From Bacteroidaceae bacterium (GTDB lineage Bacteria; Bacteroidota; Bacteroidia; Bacteroidales; Bacteroidaceae), in NCBI GenBank assembly GCA_045661085.1, contig JAZRFA010000099.1, forward strand, positions 1 through 57,252: 57,252 bases of DNA. The letters are read 5' to 3'. This document shows, in pieces, positions 9,201 through 19,100 of the stretch (position 1 is its first letter; each line of letters opens with the position of its first letter). A model generated the notes under the pieces. The model saw only the letters and a list, made by a program, of their open reading frames with translations. It was not told where the DNA came from and searched no databases. Position numbers and translations under genes: made by a program.

Positions 9201-12200
9201 CAGGCTGGTGAGGAAATCGTTCTCCTCCGCGACATCACAGCTTCTGATATCATCACAATCAACAAGGCAATCACTCTCGACGGTAACGGCAAGAAGTTGA
9301 CATCAACTGCTACAGGTTCAGAAGCTCGCGCCATCAACGTGAGCGGTGCTAAGGGTGTTACTATCAAGAACCTTACTATCGATGCTAAGGGTCAGCGTGC
9401 AATCAACGTTATCCAGAACGCTACAAACGTAACAATCGATGGCGTTACTGCTACTGCAGCTAACTACACTGTTAACGTTGCAGGTTCTGCTGCTAATGCA
9501 GTTGTTGCAATCAACAACTCTACATTGAACGGTCTCTGCACAGTTAACGTTTCTGCTGCAGGTGCACAGGTGACTGTTGATAACAGTACAGTAAACTGTA
9601 ACGACAACAACACAACTACAGGTGAGGCTTATGCAGCTCTCAGCTTGAATAAGGAGGCCGTAGGTGGTTCAATCGTTGCTACAAACTCTACTATCAACGT
9701 TACCGATGGTTCTGACTCTATGAAGGGTAGAAACGGTGCCGAGAATGGTACAGTAACTATCAACGGTTCTGCCGAGGGCGTTGCTGTAATGGTTGCAGCG
9801 ATCACATACGCTGGTTCTGATAACTATCACGCTTTCGCAACTCTTAAAGCTGCTGTTGAGTTTGCACAGGCAGGCCAGACAGTTACTCTTCTCCGCAATG
9901 CTACAGGCGCAGGCGTTGTAATTGATAAGGATATCACTATCGACTTCAATGAAAAGACCTACACTGCAAACGCAGGCGTTGGTTCAGCAGGTACACAGAC
10001 ACTTGCTCTCCAGATCCTCAAGGAGAACAACGTAACCTTGATGAACGGTACATTGACTTCAGAGGGTGAGAACATCAAGATGCTCATCAACAACTATGCA
10101 AACCTCACTGTTAACAACATGAAGCTTGTTGACGCTACAGACGCAATCCAGTATGTATTGTCAAACAACAGCGGTACAGTAAATATTGTTAACGGTTCTG
10201 TAATCAGCAGCGACGCTGTGGCATTGGATGCATGTAAGTATGCAAGCTACGCAGCTCCCACAGTAACTGTTGCCAAGGATGCTATTGTAAACGGTAACGT
10301 TGAGGTATCAGCTACTCTCAACATGAACGGTACATTGAACGGTAACATCGTTATCAACGGTGCCGAGGGTGTTGTAAACGGTGCCCAGGGCTTGAACGTA
10401 ACAGCAATGGACGATTACAAAGTAGCTTATGCCGACGGTGCTTACACTATCGTTAAGAAGCACTACGTAGCACAGGTTGGCGAGGCTAAGTACGAGACAT
10501 TCGCTGCTGCTGTTGCTGCTGCTCCTGCAGGTTCAACCATCACTTTGATTGACGATGCTACTGAGGCTGCTACTGTTGTATTGACCAAGAACCTCACCAT
10601 CGATGGTGACGGCAAAACATTCACCGGTGCAATAGAGTTCAAGAAGACCAACGGTTCATTCACAGTGAAGAATGTGAAGTTCAACGGTGCAGGTGACCGT
10701 GTATACGCCCTCAAGTCACAGTCAAGTACAACCAACCTCACAGTTGAGAATTGTGAAGCAACTGACTACACCTATGGTTTCCTCTATGCTAATAGCGCAA
10801 TAGCAAATGTAACTGTTACGGATGTAACTGTTAAGGATGTAAACTATGGTGTGCACTCTGCACGTGGAACAAATGTTACACTCAACAACTTTGTGGCAGA
10901 GAATGTAGAGTATGGCGTAATGCTTCAGAACTATAGCGGACGTAACGTTGTTTTGAACAACTGTTCATTCACCGGTAGCGAGAATCCTCTCTACATCTGG
11001 GAGCGTAACCAGACCTACAAGATCACCTTCAACTTCAAGGGTGTCAACGAGATGGGCAAGGACGACTTCTGCACCAGCGGCTATGCTGTTGTCAATGCCG
11101 ATGCAGTTGTGGGTACAAAGGTTTGCGGTACTCTTGCCGAGGCTGTTGAGGCTGCCGAGGCAGGCGATGCAGTAACTCTCCTCCGCAACGTAGAGCTCGA
11201 TGCGCTCCTTACAATTGACAAGTCTATCACTCTCGACTTGGGTGAGTATAACATCACTCGCGATGCTCGTACTGCACTCTATGTAGAAGGTGACGACGTT
11301 GAGGTTACTATCAATGGTAAAGGCACTGTAAGCGGTAAGCAGGCTCTCTATGTAGGTGGTGGTCTTGTAAAGGTTTACGGCGGTAACTTCCACGGTCTTA
11401 CCGAGGCTGTGTATGTACAGCACTCTGGTAAAGCTGAGATTTACGGCGGTAAATTCTCATCAGATAATGTTACCTATGTACTCAACGAGTACGACTCTAC
11501 TCGCGAGACTTCTGATATCACTGTTTACGGTGGTACATTCGTAGGCTTCAACCCCGCTGACAATGCTGCCGAGGGCCAGGGTACCAACTTTGTTGCTGCA
11601 GGCTTGATGGCTGTTGACAACGGCGACGGCACATTTGGCATAGCAAAGGCCAATATCAAGATGGGCGACAGCTACTACGCTACTCTTGCCGAGGCTATCG
11701 CAGCCATCGGTTCAGGTGACGTGGTTATCGAGCTGTTGGCCGACGCTACACTCGACTACGGTGCACGTGAGGCTTACGGTACTGCCGAGACAACTTCTGT
11801 AACCATCAACGGTAACGGCAATACTCTTACCTTGAACCAGACCAACAGCGACTGGTCATCATTCGGCCTGGCTGCTGCTGCAGGTAAGGTGGCGTTCAAC
11901 GACATGACTATCGAAAAGACTGGCCATGGCGACACCAGCGGTGCTTGGAACACCCACGCCATCATCTTCAGCTCACCCGTTGAAATGACCGACGTTACTA
12001 TTAATAATGGTATAGCTGTTCAGGGTGGTGCTACATTGAACAATGTAAAAATCAACGAGGCTAACGGCTACTATGGCTTGTGGGTTAACGGCAATGGCCA
12101 GGCTGTGACTGTTAACGGCGGTGCTATCAACGCTACCAACGGCGGTCGCGGTATCAAGATTGCCGACCAGTACATCGATGCTCCTGCTCAGGTTACATTG

Positions 12201-15200
12201 ACTGTTAACGGTACAGTATTCAAAACTGCTAAGAAGGCTGCCGTTTTGGTAAGCTCTAAGGCCGGTGCACAGATTGCTGCTGCCAACGTGAACATCGAGA
12301 ATGTTGTAGAGGATCAGGTGAACTTCGTATGGGTTGATGAGGACTGGTCACAGTACTTTGCTGAAGTTGAGGTGACAGGTGCTACCAAGGCTCAGGAGGG
12401 TCTTGATAACCTCGTGGCTCAGCGCAGCAATGGCGCAAGCTACAAGACTCTCGCCGAGGCTATCGCTGCTGCTCAGGCAGGTGAGACAATTACCTTGATT
12501 GGCAACACAGAAGAGGACGTGACTGTAAGCAAGAACCTCATTATCGAGGGTGCAGGCATGCAGTACACTGGTACAATGACACTCAACAAAGTGAATGTGA
12601 CAGTACAGAACCTGAACTTCGTTAAGGGTCAGATCTCCAAGAGCAAGAACTACAATGGCGGCAATGTCACCATCGTGAACTGTAACTTCGACGGTCAGGG
12701 AATGAACAGCTATGCAGTGAACGTGGCACGTACAGGCAGTGTGGTAATTAAGGATGTAACAGCACAGAATTACGGTTATGGATTCCTGCAGCTGTCTCAC
12801 GCCAATAATGAGCTGTCAATCAAGGATGTTAAGGTAATGAGCACCAACTACGCACTGAAGATCGACTACTCTAACGGTGTGACCATCGATGGACTCAAAG
12901 TCGAGAATGTTGCGATTGCAGCTATCTACAACTCTAACTATGGCACCAAGACCTACACCATCACAAACAGTGACTTCAGCGGTGCAACTGAGGCCATCAA
13001 GATGTGGGAGCGCAACACAACGGTGTACAACACATTCGTGTTTGCTGGCGGCAACACACTTGGCGACGCTACATTGAGCACCAGCCAATATGCAATCTAC
13101 AAAGGCGTAGTGGCTGAGGTAGGCACCAAGAAGTTCCTTGATCTCCGTGCTGCATTCGACGCAGCACAGGATGGCGAGACAGTGAAGATGTTGGACAATG
13201 TAACATTGGATACCAAGACCCTTGCAACTCAGAACGACGGTTATGCAACTATCATCAACGTTGCTGGTAAGGCAGTGACTCTCGACCTCAATGGCAAGAA
13301 CATTACTGTTGACGCTGCGGCTGCCGACTTGGAGAACGCTGGCAAGATGTTGCTTGGTGTGTTCTCGGCCGACCTTGGTGGTCACCTGACATTGACCGAC
13401 AACTCTGACGCTAAGAACGGTGCCGTTACAGTAAACGTTAACGACGCTAATATTTACAGCGTGTTCGTAAGCGAAAGCTCACTGAGCGACAAGAGCAACA
13501 ACGGTAAGATTACTGTAAACGGTGGTAACTACACTACTGTAGGTAAGGTTTCTAACGCTATGTTCTTCACCGATGCAAACGAGGTAATCACCGTTAACGG
13601 TGGTAACTTCTACTGCGACGGCGCAACTACAACAGCTTCTTATCCTTGGATGTTCAATACCTATGGTAACAACGAACGTCACGTGATTGTTAACGGTGGT
13701 ACATTCAACGTTGACGTTAATCACCAGCACCGTCCGTTCGAGGTTAAGATTGCCGAGACTTCGGCTGTTAATCCTAACGGTGACGGAACTTGGACAGTTG
13801 TTCCTGCGGTAGCTTACATTACTGAGATGATTGGTTCTACTGTTAACGAGCCTGGTGACAATGCTCGCAAGGTGGGTTACGCTACATTGGCTGCAGCTGT
13901 TGAGGCTGCCGAGGCTGATGAGGTTGTAACACTGCTCGCTCACGTTACAGGCGCAGGCTTGGTAATCAACAAGGATGTAACTATCGACTTCAACGAGAAG
14001 ACCTATACCTTCAATGAAGGTGTTGGTTCTAATGGTACTGAGTCAAACGGCTTCCAGATTTTGAAGGGTAACAATGTTACCTTGCAGAATGGTACATTGG
14101 ACGTTGCTGCCGAGGCTGCCGACAAGTTCTACATCCTCGTTCAGAACTATGCTAACCTCACTGTAGAGGATATGACCCTCGATGGTACAAACCTCGACAA
14201 GTGGTCAGCTACCGACGGTGACTCTTATGTACTCTCTAACAACAGCGGTGAGGTCCTCATCACTGGCAACACCGACATCATTGCCAACAATGAGGGCGAC
14301 AAGGCATTTGCCTTCGACGCTTGCGACAAGACTGCCGCCGGCTACGAGCTTCCCAAGGTATATGTTCAGAAGACTGCTGATGATGATGTAATCACTATCA
14401 CTGGTAAGATTGAGCGCACAGGTAAGGCTGCCATCGCTATCTCAAGCGGTATCTTCACCACACCTATCGCTGATGACTGGTGTGCCGAGTACTATGTACC
14501 TGTACAGAATGCCGATGGTACATGGACAGTAGATTACCGTTACATCGACGAGAAGACTATCGTGGATGATGATTATACACCTTTTGAGAACTTGGTTGAG
14601 AAAACAGTTGGTGAATTGACTTACAAGCGTACAATTCCAACAGCAGATGTATGGCAATCAATCTACGTTCCGTTCGAGATTCCTGTTGAGGAGTTGACTA
14701 AGCGTGGTTACGATGTGGCATACTACCTTGATGTTCACTTTGAAGTAGTAAATGGCAAAATTAATATGGAAAAGGCACCTGAGGTTCATCTAATATTGAT
14801 TAATGAAGGCACGTTGAAAGCCAACTTCCCGTATGCTATAAGAGCTAAATCTTCAGAGAACGCGGATTTGGATCTTGAGCTTGTATTTGAGAATGCTAAA
14901 TTGTACAGCACAGCAGCTGAGAATATGAATTCAGTCGAGTCTGGTTCTACTGTAAATCGTTTCGTATTTGCAGGTACATATACAAGATCTATTCCCTCTG
15001 TACTGACTGGTAACGATACCACTCCTTGTTATGCTGTTACCAAGAAAGGCGAGTTCAAAAAGATGGGTGTAACTGCCGGTTTGCCTCCTTTCCGTGTATA
15101 CATGTCTATTATAGCTAAGGATGGCTCACCATTCATTTCTAGCAGTGCTCATGCAGAGTCGATTCGTATGCGCGTCATTGGTGAGGAAAGCGAGGATGAG

Positions 15201-15335
15201 ACTACCGGCATCAAGTTCTACGAATTTGACAACGAGCAGGCCTCAGACTACATCTACGACCTCCACGGCCGTCGCGTCCTTGAGCCTCAGAAGGGTGGTA
15301 TCTACATCGTGAACGGTAAAAAGGTTATTTTCTAA
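6285..15335 (+). CDS. giant secreted modular beta-helix repeat protein with T9SS C-terminal sorting domain (3016 aa)
   Basis: Uninterrupted 9051-nt ORF with signal peptide MRKLTLFFTTLFLSVGMAWAQ. An aromatic-rich N-terminal region of ~530 aa may be lectin-like. Nine modules follow, each opening with a cap such as AKVGEAEYASLAAAIKAASAGATITFVDN or AKIGNAGYETLAAAIEDAQAGEEIVLLRD, then short NVT-I-x-N strand repeats typical of right-handed beta-helices. The C-terminus ...DYIYDLHGRRVLEPQKGGIYIVNGKKVIF matches the type-A T9SS CTD. Confidence 0.92.
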   Translation: MRKLTLFFTTLFLSVGMAWAQTATLEVSTNVENPEFLYELRNANNVWMASNTAPTQNNIASFAFFGTDNANFYKIYSFDKKQWVSYDKSNGSADCRDFVKFADSQDAANAWKITEVTRDGNAVYQIQPQNNDGSVSNRYMNWNGGVATNGWAYTYDDTKTVGLWSDNASSDKGSAWILSEKVVSLSDAAEFVNGDIYTFETTRGWMGAKADNDYVVSTVYGGNNIPAADVKRTNPYFQWTVYKSDNDKYYLYNIGKGQFMGVESNNNTAVPFVATPAGLGLTFKKSSNTNYPIMFSTDNKAVVNHSGNHQYGLISWTDGWNTLNDGGSNHKVVKVGVLDETTLSTIVDLVANYEETAILKMPEAGKYYRIMAVEGWNDDARYLGSKNSTVNTSRAEYVANADAYTIFYFDGNYLKSYATGNYLVSNSNFLGYNGVQATGSKIGFKEDSNVAGVYNISFNDGGRWLYVHQNNYTDAGSSAENKNGYRFNIEEVTQLPVAQGGNTVYYTLTDAKANVKAGETLTLFVDTDETIELPIGVILDKNGHTADNVTVATPVAKVGEAEYASLAAAIKAASAGATITFVDNIKESVTLSKNVTIDGAGKTYTGTMSANNALTVTVQNVHFVNGGFAKNNSGTSGTYTIKDCTFDGEGKYAYPVLASNIGTLNVENCTVKDYQYGFLYVKKQSTKVSVKSVTVENCPNYAVYFASGVTTATFENLTVKNSGSGFVINNAANRSLTIKNCKMENVTTAINHFKGTSAITANVQGQNNFGAAVLSQYAKCVLAEDATLAATTAGLNVTTNVEGKEVVYQGGTYSVAVKRDPAGSVAYRADVTDKEDREGIAILLKDPYAKKSLVVKVYNGETLMFTCTRRDIDDEGKVMFPVTANTTANIVLSGKESGSWINEIHVAPTELNVPNRVEIWADEVLVQNYTHESGTILGSNLEKYLALACVKKFDAKIGNAGYETLAAAIEDAQAGEEIVLLRDITASDIITINKAITLDGNGKKLTSTATGSEARAINVSGAKGVTIKNLTIDAKGQRAINVIQNATNVTIDGVTATAANYTVNVAGSAANAVVAINNSTLNGLCTVNVSAAGAQVTVDNSTVNCNDNNTTTGEAYAALSLNKEAVGGSIVATNSTINVTDGSDSMKGRNGAENGTVTINGSAEGVAVMVAAITYAGSDNYHAFATLKAAVEFAQAGQTVTLLRNATGAGVVIDKDITIDFNEKTYTANAGVGSAGTQTLALQILKENNVTLMNGTLTSEGENIKMLINNYANLTVNNMKLVDATDAIQYVLSNNSGTVNIVNGSVISSDAVALDACKYASYAAPTVTVAKDAIVNGNVEVSATLNMNGTLNGNIVINGAEGVVNGAQGLNVTAMDDYKVAYADGAYTIVKKHYVAQVGEAKYETFAAAVAAAPAGSTITLIDDATEAATVVLTKNLTIDGDGKTFTGAIEFKKTNGSFTVKNVKFNGAGDRVYALKSQSSTTNLTVENCEATDYTYGFLYANSAIANVTVTDVTVKDVNYGVHSARGTNVTLNNFVAENVEYGVMLQNYSGRNVVLNNCSFTGSENPLYIWERNQTYKITFNFKGVNEMGKDDFCTSGYAVVNADAVVGTKVCGTLAEAVEAAEAGDAVTLLRNVELDALLTIDKSITLDLGEYNITRDARTALYVEGDDVEVTINGKGTVSGKQALYVGGGLVKVYGGNFHGLTEAVYVQHSGKAEIYGGKFSSDNVTYVLNEYDSTRETSDITVYGGTFVGFNPADNAAEGQGTNFVAAGLMAVDNGDGTFGIAKANIKMGDSYYATLAEAIAAIGSGDVVIELLADATLDYGAREAYGTAETTSVTINGNGNTLTLNQTNSDWSSFGLAAAAGKVAFNDMTIEKTGHGDTSGAWNTHAIIFSSPVEMTDVTINNGIAVQGGATLNNVKINEANGYYGLWVNGNGQAVTVNGGAINATNGGRGIKIADQYIDAPAQVTLTVNGTVFKTAKKAAVLVSSKAGAQIAAANVNIENVVEDQVNFVWVDEDWSQYFAEVEVTGATKAQEGLDNLVAQRSNGASYKTLAEAIAAAQAGETITLIGNTEEDVTVSKNLIIEGAGMQYTGTMTLNKVNVTVQNLNFVKGQISKSKNYNGGNVTIVNCNFDGQGMNSYAVNVARTGSVVIKDVTAQNYGYGFLQLSHANNELSIKDVKVMSTNYALKIDYSNGVTIDGLKVENVAIAAIYNSNYGTKTYTITNSDFSGATEAIKMWERNTTVYNTFVFAGGNTLGDATLSTSQYAIYKGVVAEVGTKKFLDLRAAFDAAQDGETVKMLDNVTLDTKTLATQNDGYATIINVAGKAVTLDLNGKNITVDAAAADLENAGKMLLGVFSADLGGHLTLTDNSDAKNGAVTVNVNDANIYSVFVSESSLSDKSNNGKITVNGGNYTTVGKVSNAMFFTDANEVITVNGGNFYCDGATTTASYPWMFNTYGNNERHVIVNGGTFNVDVNHQHRPFEVKIAETSAVNPNGDGTWTVVPAVAYITEMIGSTVNEPGDNARKVGYATLAAAVEAAEADEVVTLLAHVTGAGLVINKDVTIDFNEKTYTFNEGVGSNGTESNGFQILKGNNVTLQNGTLDVAAEAADKFYILVQNYANLTVEDMTLDGTNLDKWSATDGDSYVLSNNSGEVLITGNTDIIANNEGDKAFAFDACDKTAAGYELPKVYVQKTADDDVITITGKIERTGKAAIAISSGIFTTPIADDWCAEYYVPVQNADGTWTVDYRYIDEKTIVDDDYTPFENLVEKTVGELTYKRTIPTADVWQSIYVPFEIPVEELTKRGYDVAYYLDVHFEVVNGKINMEKAPEVHLILINEGTLKANFPYAIRAKSSENADLDLELVFENAKLYSTAAENMNSVESGSTVNRFVFAGTYTRSIPSVLTGNDTTPCYAVTKKGEFKKMGVTAGLPPFRVYMSIIAKDGSPFISSSAHAESIRMRVIGEESEDETTGIKFYEFDNEQASDYIYDLHGRRVLEPQKGGIYIVNGKKVIF
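13110..13866 (+). repeat. ~250-aa cassette shared with giant gene 2 (25031-25790; diverged third copy 26719-27452); coordinates approximate
   Basis: KFLDLRAAFDAAQDGETVKMLDNVTLDTKTLATQNDGYA...GKITVNGGNYTTVGKVSNAMFFTDANEVITVNGGNF...NHQHRPFEV aligns almost residue for residue with the gene 2 segment. By eye, nucleotide identity is roughly 80-90 percent, with near-identical runs of ~100 nt. Confidence 0.85.
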
Positions 15336-15356
15336 ACAAAGATTTGCATTAACCCT

Positions 15357-15384
15357 CCCACGGGTGGTGAAAGCCACTCGTGGG
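15357..15384 (+). promoter_or_regulatory. stem-loop 22 nt after the giant gene 1 stop, without a U-tract
   Basis: CCCACGgGTGG-tgaaag-CCACtCGTGGG forms 10 bp with two single-nt bulges. It is followed by AATAATAAAAAC, not a T-run. It could be a processing or stabilising structure, or a partial terminator. Confidence 0.45.
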
Positions 15385-15406
15385 AATAATAAAAACAAGA
15401 AAGACT

Positions 15407-15583
15407 ATGGTAAAAAAAGAGTATGTAAAGCCTGAAATGGTAGTGGAGGAGTTTATGGCAGAGATCGCCTTTTTGGAAGCAAGTACAGGCGGATCAACTA
15501 TTCCTGGTGGTAGTACTGACGAAGGAGGAGATGGTGAATTCTCCAACGAGCGTCGCGGCGGCTGGGGCAACCTTTGGGATTAA
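15407..15583 (+). CDS. 58-aa acidic Gly-rich small protein of unknown function
   Basis: ATG 15407 gives MVKKEYVKPEMVVEEFMAEIAFLEASTGGSTIPGGSTDEGGDGEFSNERRGGWGNLWD. The track start at 15380 is a GTG inside the hairpin. The ORF lies between the hairpin at 15357-15384 and the strong terminator at 15623-15657. It has no signal peptide, no Cys and a net charge of about -7. Confidence 0.5.
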   Translation: MVKKEYVKPEMVVEEFMAEIAFLEASTGGSTIPGGSTDEGGDGEFSNERRGGWGNLWD

Positions 15584-15622
15584 AACAAGCAAGTAGAGTT
15601 TACAGCTCTATGATCTATAGTA

Positions 15623-15657
15623 ATGAGGGCACGGAGATTTCCGTGCCCTCATTTTTG
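15623..15657 (+). terminator. intrinsic terminator
   Basis: ATGAGGGCACGG-agattt-CCGTGCCCTCAT forms a perfect 12-bp stem followed by TTTTT. Confidence 0.85.
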
Positions 15658-15721
15658 CAATAGCACAGGAGTTACCCAACATCCCAAACACACCCTATCA
15701 TTACCAAAAACACATTAGCGG

Positions 15722-15729
15722 TAATTTTG
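15722..15729 (+). promoter_or_regulatory. candidate -7 box TAatTTTG upstream of giant gene 2
   Basis: Exact TAnnTTTG match, but there is no TTTG at -33. It would give a ~400-nt leader, similar in length to gene 1. Confidence 0.3.
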
Positions 15730-15974
15730 TAACAGACCCCGAGAAGACTGCGATCTCCTGCCTCCAATCTTGAGTGTTAAAAATTCAAGTTTATTTGTTT
15801 ATTTTTCAAAAAGTTTATACCTTAGCTCGTTGTATATTATCATTGGTCTACTCCAATCAGGGGATAGTCTATATCTGCATGAATATCAATTTATTAGACA
15901 TTCGCGCAAATATAGACCGATATCTTCGTTATTGGGAGGGGGATTGTAATATACGGCTGACAACTGGATAAAAT

Positions 15975-16136
15975 TAGTATAAAACGTTAAAAAACATGAG
16001 TATTAACAATTAAAAATCAACATTACGAAACAGAAAGGAAAGACAGACAAAACACAGGAAACAACATGAGCACCTTGTATAAGGTATTCGAAAGAAAAAA
16101 ACTAACATTTTATTTATTAACTAAATTATTTCATTT
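15975..16136 (+). promoter_or_regulatory. conserved 5' leader of giant gene 2 (paralogous to 6140-6284)
   Basis: Same ordered blocks as the gene 1 leader. The stem-loop ACCTT-gtat-AAGGT (16072-16085) is centred ~59 nt before the ATG. Confidence 0.5.
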
Positions 16137-19100
16137 ATGAAACTAAAGCAATTCATTTTTGCTCTTGCGGTGATGTTGTCCGGTTTCGCTATTTCTGTCA
16201 ATGCACAAGAAGCAAAGATAGGAACAACTACCTACGGGACACTCGCAGAGGCTGTCAAGGCAGCTGCAGCAGGAGATGAAATCGTATTGTTGAAGAATGT
16301 CACATTGACTGGTGGCTATGCAGATGACCCGACGGCAGGTCTGCGCATCGAGAAAGCACTTACCATCAATGGTAACAAGAAGACAATCGATTGCGGAACG
16401 TTCAAAGACGGTATCCGCGTGTACATCAACAGCAACTCAAAAGCTGATGTTGAGTTCAACAATGTAACTATCAAGAACGACAACCCTTATGGACGTTGTA
16501 TTGATATGCGTACAGGCAAAATTGCGCTCGAAGTTAAAGGAGGCGCGAAGTTGATTGCACATGGTGTCAACTCTCAACCTTTGACTGTAGGCGGTTCAGC
16601 GGCTACATATCGTGTTCGTGTTTCGAATGCGACTATTGATGCCGGTGAGACAGGTTATGGTATCATCTCTTTCGTACGCGTAACCAATAACATTGAGTTT
16701 TCTTCAAGTGTAAAGATTAGCGGTCTCGCAGCTCTTTACTTGAAGGAAGGTGCCAACAATACTACCGTAACGATGGGTAATGGTACTTACACAGGTACTA
16801 ACCTCAATTCTGCAGCGAGCGGTATGTTCGGTACAGTTGTTATTGAAGGCAAAAACAACACGATTACTGTAAATCACGAGAAGGCGGTTATTAAGGCTGT
16901 TGCCGGAAATGATGCAAATCAAGCTGTACAGGCTGCATTCTTGCTTAAGGAAGGCGCGACTGGCAATAAGATCCAAGTGACCAATGCCAACGCACAAGTA
17001 CTGACCGAAGGTGCTCAGGCACAGTGGGCTACTGTTGCTACCGATGCAACAAATAATGTGCTCATTAATAAAGGTCAGACCGTCAACTTCGCTGTTGAAT
17101 ACAATGGCTATCAATTTATGGATGCCAACGAAGTGTTCAGCAAATTTGTTCCCCAAGAAAAAGAGGCTACTATCAAACTCTTGAGCGACGTTGCACTTGA
17201 TGAGACTTGGACTGTTGCCGCAGGTCAGAATATCACACTTGACCTTAATGGCAAGACTGCATCAATGGCTTATACCAAAGATGCTACAGCTAACCACGCT
17301 ATGATCAGCAATAAGGGTAACTTGACAATCGTTGATAGCAGCAATGGAGGAAAGCTCAGCTATACCTACGCTGGAGCAAATTTGGGTACAACCTACGCAG
17401 CTAACACTATCACATCAGAGCCAGGCTCTGTATTGACTGTGAAGAACGGCATTATAGAGAACCTCACCTACGACCATGCAACTATTGCTTACGCTATCGA
17501 TGGTCGCACTAACGGCGGTGCTGGCGACGTGACTGTCAACATCGAGGGTGGCGTAATCACCTCAAAGCGTCAGGCTGTACGTATCTTCGCTAACTCTACC
17601 ACTAAGACAGGTACTCTCAACATCAGCAATGGTGACTTCACCGGTCGCGTGATCGTTCAGAATGCAAGTGCTAATGCGAACAAGGCTGTTTTGAATATCA
17701 CTGGCGGTACATTCAATGCTAACGAGTACAAGAGCGATGTTCTTTACCTTGGTGGTAGCAATAGTGCAACAATCGATATCAACGCTTCTGTAAGCGGCGG
17801 TACATTCAACGGAGAGATTACACAAACCAACGTCAAGGGATTCATCAGCGGCGGTACATTCAGTCAGCCTGTAGCTGAAGCTTTCTGCGCTAAGGGTTAC
17901 GCTCCCATTGAATTGGGCAATGGCACATACGGTGTTCAAGAAGGACAAATCGTTGCATTGATTGGCAGCGCTAAGTATTTCTCACTTGCCGATGCGCTTG
18001 CAGCAGCTAAGGATGGTGAGACCATCAGCCTCCAGTGGCGCGACGACTACACTCCTATCGCCATGAACGGTTCATTGTATGGCAAGAGCGTTACCATCAC
18101 CGGTACTGCAACGGTTGACTGGAGCAAGGGCTTCTTGTTCGTAGGTCGTGGTGGTGTAGGCAATGCAAAGCTTACATTCGACAATGCGAACCTTACCTCT
18201 GCTTCTAATCAGGCTACATATGGTATCCACGTATCGGGCCGCGAGAATGAAACTGCCGACAAGTACGACGGTACTCTGGTTATCAAGGAATCTACAATCG
18301 AGCTCGACTACCTTATTAATAAGGGTGCGATGACTCTCGACAAATCTTCTCTCACAGTAAAGAACGGTTTCGACCTCAACGGTCGTCCTGCTTCTGAGAC
18401 AGAGAACGGCGAGGACGCTAATGCAACCTTGGCATTGGCTAACAACTCTAAGCTCGTTGTGAACAACCACAACGGTATGGGTATCGGTCGCGAAGGTAAG
18501 GGTGAGTTGACAGTTGACGCTTCTTCTACATTCGAGCACACTCAGGACTTCATTGTACGCGCTAAGGGTACAATGGACGTTAAGGGTACACTTGTATCAA
18601 ACGGCAAGAAGTTGACCAACAATGGTGAGGTGAAGTTCACTGCTACCAAGCTCACTGCTGCTACCATCGAGGGTACAGGTACTACACGTTTCTATAACGA
18701 CGTAAACTTCTACGGTGCAAACAGCATTACAACAGGTATCAACGGTACTCCTTTCCACTTGGTGGTTAACGAGGGGGCAAACCTCTTGATCTCTCGCTTT
18801 ACATTGGGTTACGACCGTAACATCACTGTAAATGGTACTATCGCCGATGCTTCTACATTCAACCCCGCAGGCCAGACTCCTTCTTTGAAGTTCAACAGCA
18901 CAAGCGGTGTGAGCGTAGGTGGTACAGGTACAGGTAACATCACAGCCAAGAATGCTTATGTGGAATTTGGCAACTCAAGCTGGAAGAGTGCACAGGGTAC
19001 TTATGACTGGAACTTCGAGAACTGCTACGTTTCGGCAACAAGCTTCACTAATGCAGCTGGACCGGGTGCTGATGCAGCAAAGTGGGATGTAACATTCAAC

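Noticed and set aside
15774-15971. 65-aa ORF in the leader region of giant gene 2
   Set aside because: A/T-rich, hydrophobic low-complexity translation with no counterpart in the gene 1 upstream region and no promoter or terminator framing.
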